A stretch of 64,000 nt of DNA, taken from assembly GCA_965235115.1 (NCBI GenBank), contig OZ249451.1, positions 14,570,001 to 14,634,000 on the forward strand, read 5' to 3'. Positions 48,781 through 60,257 of this stretch are shown here, one piece after another. How positions within the stretch are numbered: the stretch's first letter is position 1; each line of letters begins with the position of its first letter. A program made the position numbers and the translations under genes. Origin of the DNA: Laetmonice hystrix (Eukaryota). A model generated the notes under the pieces. It did not search any database. It saw only the letters and a program-made list of their open reading frames with translations, and was not told the DNA's origin.

Positions 48781-49928
48781 GTGAACCATATCAAGTGGGC
48801 AATAACCCGCCAGTCAGGCCGGTCATCATGACGTCCAATACTCCGTCCTCACGTAATGTATGAGGTGGACACACGCACGACTCGACGGCCAAAAACATCG
48901 GTAACCCTCAACAGTCATCAACACCGAGTCCTTCCGGTAAGAGATTGAAGGATTGGCTCAGTTCAGGAGACAGCTGCAGCGACTTTCGGAATAATATATT
49001 CATAAACCGCTGTCGGTTAGACGGTCCTGTTCGGCGAGGTCTTTCAAAATTACAAATGGTTAATAAAATGGCAATTGTCACTCTACTGACAGAGATTAAG
49101 GTATAAAGTCTAGTTGCATAAGAATTGTTAGATTTTTAGACACTAATATCCTCTTGCAAGCCCCCCCCCCCCCTTCATTACCGATGACTATAAGATGGCT
49201 AGCCTCCAGCCCCGAGTACCGGAGAGTCTAAGACGGTTGGCCTCGGCTCACAAGTACCGGAGACTATGTGCCAACCTGAGGCAATGGCTCCTTGACTCGT
49301 ACCTCCTCACCTCCTGATCGTCTGCCATGCCCCAGCATCTGCCGGTAGGAGGCCAGTATACAGGGACCTTCTGCCCCGGGGAGGTCAATCGACCCAGTGA
49401 CCTCATGACCTTACCACCTAGGATGACCTCACCAGATGGCACCCACCATCTTCACATGAAGATAATAGACCGCCATCATCCACGTGACCCATCCGAACTT
49501 TGACCCCTGGTTTCCTGCAGAAATCTGATGGACTACATGACCTGCGCGTCTCACAGCATGCCGGCAAGACCTCGGCCTGTCCTCGTTCAAGTGTTTAACC
49601 CTTGAAACCCAGACGTTTAGCCTGGACTGGACAAATACAGGCAATTCTTCAAGATGGTCACTATGGACAACGTGTAGTTGAGCTCAAGGAAGTTCACCGT
49701 TCTGGTCCCCTTACCGATACCCCTCATCAAAGAACCAAAGGGACCGTAAATTATTAAACTGGGATCCCTAAACACGATCGGAGAGGTGGGGTTCTGAGGG
49801 GACTTGGAACTGTTGATTTAGGTAGCCGCCCGGTGGCCTATCAATGTGATCTCAGTTAAACTCAGCTAGTTCTAACATCTAGACAGCAAACACCTCAACA
49901 TTCAAGGAAATCTCTAAATGAAAGCGCG

Positions 49929-50001
49929 GTCGCCATGGAAACGTTTTCCAGAGGGGATTCCTCCCCCTTCCACCTTGCAGGAGGGGCGTCGCCATGGAAA
50001 C
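49929..50001. promoter_or_regulatory. Paired identical X-box-like motifs GTCGCCATGGAAAC
   Basis: Copies at 49929-49942 and 49988-50001. Confidence 0.4.
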
Positions 50002-52861
50002 GTATCGTTCATGACTTCCCGGTGTGGATACAGTGATTACACTGACATTACGACACGATTAATTATCTCACTATCTCATACACCTCGCTCAAATGTCGTT
50101 AATTGTCATGATATCAGGTTAATAAACGTGTTCACAGGCAACGATAACACAAAATATTCTTTTCATATTAACCCCTCGTGCGTTGTACTTATATTTGAGC
50201 ACTAAATTAACTGGCCGTTCTTCTAGCAGTCTTCCATTATTCTGAAAGTAAGAATTTTCTATCACAAAAAAATCCCAACCATTCATATTTAATTTTCTCT
50301 CTCTAAGGACGCCGGACACATTGTAACTTATTACTCCTACAACTGCCAAACTCATTTGTATCATCCAAAAAAGATAATATGATATTATTCCTGTTTCTTT
50401 AAATCAGACTGGAGTTGCTACAAGCCCCCGCTACAGCAACCAGGCTGTCGAGTCCATCACTACGAGCTGTAACAGGGAGCTATTGGTTGGCAGCGCCCTC
50501 TCACGTCACGGAACGGCACCAAGAACTTGCCTGCAGGAAAACCCCCTCACATAGATTTGATATTGTCACTAAAGGCAACGCAATGCACGACCCTATCGCC
50601 AACAGTAAACTCCCACTATAGGTTTGCTGCATAGCCACAGCCTCATTTATTCACACGGCCACTGCTACACTAAACCTAATCGACATTCAGACACCAATTG
50701 CCTGACCAAAGCTATTGCTCCCCCGTCGTTGGATCCTTATGTGAAATATTGTGTGTACGATCTAATGGCAAGCAACACAAACACAACTACATATCTTTAT
50801 GTAATGACTCCCTTTTGGTATCAGCGTTAGTATGACTGGATGTTGCGAACGCGCCGAGCTTTAGTCAGATTCAAACGTATTTTTCACCGGTATGTTGAGG
50901 GTCATTTGGGTGTGCTCTGAAACTACACTGGTGCGGATTCTTCTCATTCATAATCTATCATTTCCATATAAATTATTCTTTTCATCGGCAATCACGGCAA
51001 AAATCAAACAATAGGCTGAATCGGATTTTACCCAATGTTTCTTTAAATGGACAGTTATATAGAAAACACTCTGCAGGTTAAAACGTGGTAATTTACAACC
51101 GTCTATATATAGTTAATGTGAAACTGCCTTCAAAGTGGAGAAATCCATTGGGAACTTTAAATCTATTGGTGAGGAATAACGGTTAAAGCTCGGGAAATTA
51201 CTGGAAACAAATCTGACTTTTACATTCCGTAATTCAGCCTAAAAATACGGAAAGGTCCGTTTCCATAAATTTGGATGTCATTATACGAAGTTCCAAGTAT
51301 CAAGTTTTATTTTGGCATTCTGTACCACTAACATTTCTGGTGTTAAGGAAAGCTCACAACTAAATTTTTATTAAAAATCGGACCACGTTTTGAGATAGAA
51401 CAAGCAAAGAGTATAGTCATATGTCATGCGGTAAATAAATGAAGTACGGGCATCGATCTCTTTCTAAATTTAACGAAGTGTGTGTCTACTTCAATACATA
51501 TTTTCAAACTCCCCAGTGTGTGTACTTCAGAGGAGGAGTCATTAGCCCGTTAAATGAGAACTTAAAAGGAAAGAATCGGTTTTCCTGGGAGATCTTCTCA
51601 TGGAAGGATTGGCTCAATATGCGATTACCGTCTTCAACCTGCTTAAGGTCTTGGCGCCGTTCCCACTAGTAATTACATCTCTCTCTCTAAGCGAGCTGTA
51701 TAAAAACTAGGTAAAAACTCTAGTGAGAACTCTGGCTAGTTGCCCGCAAAAGAAAATAATTCTGCCAATAAGCTGAAGCCTAATCAGGAGCTCGAATTCA
51801 CTAAAAAGTTTCGATGCTAAATAGCTGTCCCAAAATCAAATTTACCTCCGATGTTTTACAACTAATACGATATCAAGGGGGGAATAATATTATTGGTAAA
51901 TTCTAAAGTCAAGAGGTAGAACATGAGTAAATGTGCAGAAAACTGCATGGTTCATTACATATTGCCTCCTATAGACAGATGCCCGTATTTCATATATTTA
52001 CCTCATGACATATTTCCATACTCTTTACTTGTTCTATCTCAAGTATTTCCTCTTCCATCCTACAATAAAGACACTAAGGTTATCTATCACCAAAGCCAAT
52101 TTTTGTTTATTTTCCACTAACTAAAAACATCAGTTAAACAAATCATCTTTTGTCTCACCATTCGCCAAGGGATCCCCTCCTATGTGAAATGAAAACCGAG
52201 GAATCGATGATGCATAAATATTTCCACCCCCCATATTGAATGCCTCGAGAATTCCTAATCAAGGCTTGTTGTTTTTCTGATTATGGGACGCTAAGGTCGA
52301 AGCAAGGTCACCAAGCAAAGACAATTGGCCAGTCATTATTACCATATTGTTCCCCGCTTATGACGAGCGTGGTTTTGAGCCAAGAGGTCCAATTTATGGA
52401 ATATGGATTTTTGTTTGCGTTCACTCCACGCAATTCGAGCGGGGAGCAGCGAGGTACTGGGCTGATTGCCCTAACAACAGCTGTTCGATACACTATCAGA
52501 AAGAGTTGACACAGCTGACGTTGTTGGGAGGTTGTCCTCACGCTCCTGTCACCAGACTTCAGCTGTTGTCAGCTGTGTTGTTACACAAACAGTCAACACG
52601 TGCTAGCCACGGATTACGTCTAAACATTAACAGTACGTGGGCGGCCCACCGGACGATCTGACAAATGACGATACACTGAATCCTACATGTTAATGGTGCG
52701 TCCCATTGGACTTGTATCCAACCAGTGCTGACAGCTCAATGTAAGCTCGCCCGCCCAGTGAGACCCAATATCAATCCATTGTACCGTCCTCAGTGGCCAT
52801 ACCACATCGACGGACCATAACTACAATATTGTGTAATTCACTGCGTCGGCTTGGGAAATTA

Positions 52862-53540
52862 TCCCACAATACTACACTCATTGAGTGTAATTAAAGTAGC
52901 ACCACAACACTACACTCATTGAGTGCAATTAAAGTAGCACCACAATACTACACTCATTGAGTGCAATTAAAGTAGCACCACAATACTACACTCATTGAGT
53001 GCAATTAAAGTAGCACCACAATACTACACTCATTGAGTGTAATTAAAGTAGCACCACAACACTACACACATTGAGTGCAATTAAAGTAGCACCACAACAC
53101 TACACTCATTGAGTGCAATTAAAGTAGCACCACAACACTACACTCATTGAGTGTAATTAAAGTAGCACCACAACACTACAGCCATTGAGTGCAATTAAAG
53201 TAGCACCACAATACTACACTCATTGAGTGTAATTAAAGTAGCACCACAACACTACACTCATTGAGTGCAATTAAAGTAGCACCACAACACTACACTCATT
53301 GAGTGTAATTAAAGTAGCACCACAACACTACAGCCATTGAGTGCAATTAAAGTAGCACCACAATACTACACTCATTGAGTGTAATTAAAGTAGCACCACA
53401 ATACTACACCCATTGAGTGCAATTAAAGTAGCACCGCAACAGTACACCCATTGAGTGAATTTAAAGAAGGACCACAACACTACACTCATTGATTGAATTT
53501 AAAGTGGGACCATAACACTACACTCATTGAGTGCATTAAA
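52862..53540. repeat. Minisatellite, 38-bp unit CCACAA(C/T)ACTACACTCATTGAGTG(T/C)AATTAAAGTAGCA, ~17 copies, with an internal palindrome
   Basis: Period 38 (52864, 52902...); core TACACTCA-T-TGAGTGTA; degenerates towards the right end. Confidence 0.97.
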
Positions 53541-55362
53541 AGGAGGACCACAATGCCAAATTAACTGGAACGGTTTCAGGGATCAAAGCCACAAAACTAC
53601 CATTGATTGTGTCGGTTTAAAAAAGTCCACACTGCTAAAGGTAAAAGACATTATCACGGTACAACGATACTATATCCATTGTGCTGACTTCAAAAACTAC
53701 AGAAACTCACATTTTCAGCAGTCCTTCCCTGACATGCTGCAATGGCATATATGTTACTGTATTCCCTTTTTGGCAAAATCTGGTACAGGGTTATACTGAA
53801 GTCCATAAAGATCACTATTTGGAAAATGAAAACGATTTGTACGATTTTTTAACCCCCAAAATTTAATTTAAACAAAATATATTATTTTCAAAGAAACTTC
53901 CGTAATATCTTTTTATTAATCCCATTTTTCATAAAAAAAAAATCCGGAATTTTCAAATTCCATTCATAATATTCCACGATTCCATGGCGCTTGCAATATC
54001 ATTGTCCCATTGTTTATGAACAAACTGTCTGGTCTCAGCTGGCAGTGTGAAATTGTCAGCATTCTGAAAACTTATGAAGTCTGACAAAGTCTTTCTGTCT
54101 CAAGCTTGTATTTTTTTCATCTTTGTCAACACGGAGACTAACAATTGCATTTCCCTACTCGTACAGCTTTAGTGTCAGCAGAAATACAAACCATACGTGT
54201 TATACAGAGAGAGAAAATCAAACATTCCATTCAATGAAATCCTTTCCAGCTGCTAGATATACAAACTACGGTTCCCTTGATACGATTTAGTGTTGTCGAG
54301 AAGATTAACTACGGTAATTCTTACCTCTTGCTTTGTTAACCTTAATATATGACGTCACCAGCCCGACATTCAGGTTCCCTTCTTACCAGATCCTGAAATA
54401 CACCAAATACACAACAGAGTTAGCCACACTACTTAAGTATACGTGCGAAATATTCGTATCTTTAGATCGCATTGAGAAACTACATTGATTTGCTGGACAC
54501 AGGCAATCATGAACCAACAATGAGACATCAAGGTACCTCGTACTTCGCCAAAGTACTGATGGCAACTATGAGGGAAATTAGATATCTAGAGTAGATGAAA
54601 ACTGCAATCAAAATCAAATTCTGCAGCCAATGGCCGTCCAGGCGTTAATTGGGAGGGATGCAGGTTTTTGCGAGGGTGTGACCACCATCGGGAGACTGGC
54701 CCTCATGACGGTCCATCGCGTGCAGCAGAGGCGTACTTTAAATCAATCCAATTGTTTTTATAGAGAGCAAGTTGGTAGAATCTTTTGTGGGTTTGAACAA
54801 AAAAACTTTTTCGTCGTATTAAAAGCTCTTCACTCCTCAGGAAAGTATGCGACCAGTGCTAGTTCACTTTCCAATTACATAAAATTACGGTCGCCGAGAT
54901 CTTATCAGAACTTGTGGGATTAAAATTTTTAAAGATTTCACCACCAAATAATATTTGACGCGTTGTTCTCAAAAAAACACTAACAAGTGAAAGCGACTAC
55001 TGGATTTGAAATGTTATGTATTGTCTCGTATCAATAATACTTCACATCTACAACCACCATCGATCAATGATTTCATGACGTCTATAAGGAATTGCGACTA
55101 AAATAAATCTGTTTGGAGACAAATTTGCCACCTTAATGCATAATCTGATCCATTTTCAATTATTTCAAATAAAAGGGGGCGTAAAATAACATCAAAGGGA
55201 CAGGCACTGGACGGAATTAAAATTGAGCTTGATTGGTGTTCATGTTTTATTGATCTGAAATCTCCTCCATTCATTGGTGGCTCAATCCGTAAATGGTTCC
55301 TTCTCGACCGTTTCTTGTGACCAGCTGCTGAGATGTTGCTGGGATAATTGAGTTTAGCGGAC

Positions 55363-55413
55363 CTTGCGAAGCGGCGACATAATCTGGGCTGCTCGGCTCT
55401 CCACGATCGCCAT
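55363..55413 (-). CDS. Possible first exon MAIVESRAAQIMSPLRK
   Basis: aacaaaATGGCG start context, 17 codons, weak donor AAG/gtccgc; the context is also a YY1 motif. Confidence 0.25.
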
Positions 55414-56446
55414 TTTGTTATCAGGACGTACCCTTAAAGTTACATTCCAATACGTGTCTATGTGTTAAACCCCTTTGCGTGCCGAGTCCTGTCAAATTGC
55501 AGGTTCCGTTTCAATCGTGAATTATTAATAAGTATCGTGTTATAATACAAAGCATGGACGTTCTACAACATGAAGAGAACTTGTGGCTGCAGAGAAATGG
55601 CGGCCAAGACCGGTTGGCGTTCCACTGCCTTGGACAAGCACCAGTATGCTAATCCCCTTTGGGGTATTCAATGATTTTACACAGAGGCAGAATTATCATT
55701 TTTCCTTCGCTTTGAGTTGGGTGTGCAGTATCGATTGTACACCGGCTAGGAGATAAACGATATATGAAACCATGGTGTAACAAAAACGCACACAGAATTA
55801 ATCTTCTATGCTTTTTCTTCTTTTTTATCTTCTTCTTCCTTCTTGATACTGATGACGACTTGTGCATACAGCGATACAACGACCTCCAAGCTGGAGTTCT
55901 CCTAACACAAGGAGACCAGACGTGTATGCTAGGGAGAGGTATTTAACATCTGTCTCATGTGAACCGGGTGATATTTAAATTGCCAGTGTTACTTTATCAC
56001 TTTTGGCAACCACCACATGGAAATCTTTGAGAGTGCTCGCTGTCTGCTTCGGTGTCCTCAACAAGGTCCCGTGTGGCAAACAGGAAAGATGAGACATCCA
56101 GGAAGGAGTCAGTTACAGACACTGCGGCAGGTTGGAACCCCCCCCTCCCCCCTCCCCCCCTCCCCCCCCCCCCCCGTCAGGCTGGCCCAAGTATAGTCCC
56201 CAGTGGACCACCCCTGGCCGAGACAAGACTGTATGACCGGTTGGCAGCCCGTCCACCTCAGCGAAAATCTGACAACCCCTCCATACTTGAATGTGTATAG
56301 GCCTTCATGATCTGTTCACAACCTTGGGTACAGAGATCTAACATTACACACCTCATTAGAATGTCCATGTATCCTTGACGTCAACCCTCTCTATTACTGA
56401 ATAGCCTCGCGTCTATAATATACCAACTCTGTCTAATGTTCTCTCG

Positions 56447-56526
56447 CCAATAACACTAGATAAGGAGGCAGGACCTTTGAGACAGGGAGTCTCAAAGGTC
56501 CTGCCTCCTTACGTAGTGTATATTGG
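56447..56526. repeat. Isolated inverted repeat: perfect 23-bp stem (56461-56483 / 56489-56511), 5-nt loop, imperfect extension to ~80 bp
   Basis: TAAGGAGGCAGGACCTTTGAGAC-AGGGA-GTCTCAAAGGTCCTGCCTCCTTA; outer arms CCAATAACACTA and TAGTGTATATTGG. Confidence 0.93.
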
Positions 56527-56589
56527 TGTGTCCTTTACATGAACACCCTGACTGGGGCCCATCTGGCATGGATCTAGGCTCCCGCATCA

Positions 56590-56870
56590 TCGTATGAGGC
56601 CATGTTCTGTTACATCATCGTCTGACCACCATTTTTGTCTGTTACATAATATCATATGACGTCATGTTCTGTCTCCTACAGACTATTACATAATCGAATG
56701 AGGCCATGTTCTGGCTCTTACAAACTGTTACATCATCGTCTGGCCACCATTTTTGTCCGTTACATAATATCATATGACGTCATGTTCTGGCTCTTACAAA
56801 CTGTTACATCATCGTCTGGCGACCATTTTTGTCTGTTACATAATATCATATGACGTCATGTTCGGGTTTT
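56590..56870. repeat. Irregular tandem repeat, ~77-bp unit, 3 copies, each containing TGACGTCA
   Basis: GTTACATAATATCATATGACGTCATGTTC occurs three times; CTGTTACATCATCGTCTG occurs three times. Confidence 0.9.
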
Positions 56871-59800
56871 TACCTGTTAAATCTTTGTGCCCTTTCAGTG
56901 ATGTCATGTCATTACTAATATGTCCTGTTTGTTACATAACATCCTGCTTATATTATCATCACTAACACAGGAAATCCCCCGGGTTAAAAGCGACCTTCCT
57001 CCCTTCTAAAACCTTCTAAAACACCCTCCCCAATGTCCCATAGCAGCCCCGCCTGTGTGTTCTATCTCGCCCACCAACGTTCACTGGACCGTTCTAACGT
57101 TCAATCTGTACATTATAACACTGTCCTCTGGGACATCAGAAATCCGGTTAAGAGTGTACCGTTCCTGAGGACATCCCCATTTCCTGCGGCTGCCGACCAG
57201 AGACTTGACAGCCGACTCAGCCGGCGGACAATGAAACCATCCCCTCCGACGAGACATGAGGGGCGCCGGCTCCCGGATCGGATCGGCACATACACCACCA
57301 GGCTAACTGAGGCCCCTTTTGTTAGATGACAATAGAATTTACACAAGGTTTCAGATTGGCGAGTCGAGTTTCACCCGTCCTTCAATATTCTGTGGTTACA
57401 CCATGCCGAACCAACAGTTCCATCGATTCTTGTTTTATTACGCAGATTTCTACCTCCATGGCGGAGCGTGGACGAGAGGATCATATTTTATCTGTTAAAT
57501 CGTTAAGAAAACTTTACCAGCCGCATGATTTCCTTCGGAGATCAAATTGGTTTGATTGTAAAAATCCATGTGATTCTCTTAACTTGCGATAGAAAAAATA
57601 GATGGAAGCGAACCAATTCCTTCGTCAGTACAAATAATGTTTTGTTGTGTACTGAAGGAAATGCTAACAAACGTGCCACCAACCAACCAACCACCTCCCA
57701 GCCACCCGTCAGATCCAACAGTCGGTGACAATGGCATCTCATTCAAGTCGGGCTCCATGCAAATCCAATCCGTCATCGTCTCTGACAATAGCTTGTCCTC
57801 TCTTTTTAACCTCGTGGAGAATTCTCCCCGCCTCATACGTATCCTCGAGTTCACTCAAGGAGGGATTAAAGCTTTTTTCTGGGCAAACAGTACTCTCGCT
57901 CGGGTGTCTTTCAGTAGAGTTCCCCTTGAGACAGGGTCGGATGATTCCATATCGGTGTGGGCCCAGGACTTTTGACAAAAAAACTTGAGGTATCATTGGC
58001 GGGTGGACAGGGCCACTGCAGGGACTGATTATATGGCGGTGAAGGGAGGACTGACGGTGTAGGTTTGTTGATGGCGTCTTGTGCCTGTACGATTGTCACA
58101 CGTCAAGCAGACATCTTGGCCAGCTAAAAAAAAGGAGGCGCTCAAACCGCACGCACGCCCACGTATTCAGCCAACGCCAGTCTACCCGACGTGTTGTTTA
58201 CATAGATATACCCTCTATTGACATGATAGATATATCAAAGGAGGCATATGGTTCTAATTTAGAGGATGTCCTTACTCACATATATACATGTAATACACGT
58301 GTAATAACTCCTAGCCAGGTGCTCTTTGTGCCATTGAGTCACAGCAGTCAAGATCTGCCACCCACCCACCACCACCACCACCACCTCCACCACCACCAAA
58401 AACAATCAAAATACGACATTTGATAGCCTGACCAATTTGATTTGGTCAACCACGTTCAAAATTTACGTTAGAAATTCCAATCAATGAAAATTCATTACAC
58501 GTAGAAGATATTGGACACTTCTAGGTCATTGATACTGCAGATGTAAATGAAACGAAAAATAACAATTACTAGAGACTAGAGTTACACTAGTAAACGTTTC
58601 TCAATGCAGCCGGTGACGCAGGAATACATTTGATACTGGGGGGGGGGGGGTGCTGTGGTTTTTCTTCATGAGCAAACTATTTTCCCCCATTTCGACTATA
58701 CTACATATCTTTTTACATATGGAACAAACTATTTTTTAGTTTGATGAACAAACTAGTTTTCCCCTGTGTTTGGTGAACAAATTATTTTTTATATATGGCG
58801 GGAATTATCACATTACCCAAAGGCATCGAGTAAAATTATATTCAATTCAAATTCAATTCTCCTCAACGCTTTCATTATTATGTATACGAGCATCATATCA
58901 GTATTTTCTCCGCTTAGTTTTATTGCTCAGCCTTGGTATAAATCTCCACATGCGAAAACATGTCTGAGATGTAATGGTTCCATTGATCCAAATATATGAC
59001 ATCATAAAGTTTCAATTACATGAATTTTAAATGTGACTGCACTCGCACTCACACCGTATTCTAATCCAGTCGCCATTCCATAATTCATAATTGCATATGA
59101 ATCTTCCCCTAACACTCTTCAGTGCAGTTTTTATTTCTTCCTTTTTTTCTCGTGTGGGGATGACTCGATTATCTGCCTGGGAAAACACTGGCTGTTAAAA
59201 GTTGTCAATGTTCCCACATTATGCCTGTCGTTATCCTGCCACCATAATGAACATAATAATAATTCTATTCATGGGCCGAGCGTCCTCTCATTTCCATAAA
59301 CACGGTCATAAAGATGGCCATCTCCCGGAGAAGCTAAACCAGGCTTGATGGAGCCTGGAGCCGGTCCGGAGGAGCCGCCCTGGAGGGGGCCCGCCCTCCT
59401 CCCTGGAGAGGGGGATGTGAGGGCGATCGGTCACGTGACCCCACCCTACTTCCGGTAGGCAGACGCTATCAACGAGATGATGCCGTTCACGAGGTGTGAC
59501 GTGACGTCGCGTCAAACAAACAAATGGACGCGGTCATGCTATGCAACGTCTTCCTATAACGTAAAAACTGTCATTTTTGTCGATCGGTTACTAGCGTATC
59601 ACGATTATGCACCGACTCCCAGGCACTTGGTGACATCAGTGTCCTATGCCAGTCAATAAGGCATGCAGAATGGTGAAGACCTTGGGCTGGTCTCGGGTTT
59701 CATACGAGGGCCTTTTGGTCTGATTTGAAAGCCACTGTACAACATGACAATTTTGAGAATACATTGTTTAAATATGACAACGCCTTTTTTAAAGTACGAT

Positions 59801-60200
59801 CAACAAAAATGGAAATATATAAACACGGAATAGTCACAGATGCACAGAATACTGATTTCCAACTGACAAACCCCCACATAGACAGCTGTCATATATCAAT
59901 AGAGGACTATAGGATTACCTCTGCTCACCATTCATTGTATTTCTTTGCATCCAATATTTATTTTCTTTTAGTCGCATTCATGGACTAATCTGGCAATCGT
60001 GTGTATCAGAAAAACACATGTTGAAATGCTACAGCGATTCAGAACTCTTTTTTCGATTTGACGTGTTGCATCTCAAAATATACAGCGACCACCTCCCCCC
60101 GGCTCGAAGTTTAAACAAATGCGATCCATACCATAGAGTGGGCACGTGTCGTTCTTATCTGAGGTTGCTGAATATCGTCCATATGGTTCGGTGTACTCAC

Positions 60201-60257
60201 CAACCTGCTGACATTTAACACCATCATATCCCTTCAAGTCATCCGCAAGGACTCTTC
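60201..60257 (-). CDS. Candidate exon (G)RVLADDLKGYDGVKCQQV(G)
   Basis: Pyrimidine-rich AAG acceptor, strong donor TTG/gtgagt, symmetric phase 1-1, 57 nt. Confidence 0.35.

Noticed and set aside
52862-53540. CRISPR array (palindromic 38-bp repeats; likewise the 40, 43 and 44-bp arrays)
   Set aside because: There are no unique spacers: units are directly adjacent and near-identical. No cas genes are present and the context is eukaryotic.
57600-58000. Overlapping ORFs on both strands
   Set aside because: No recognisable domain or consistent splice sites; the coding strand cannot be assigned.
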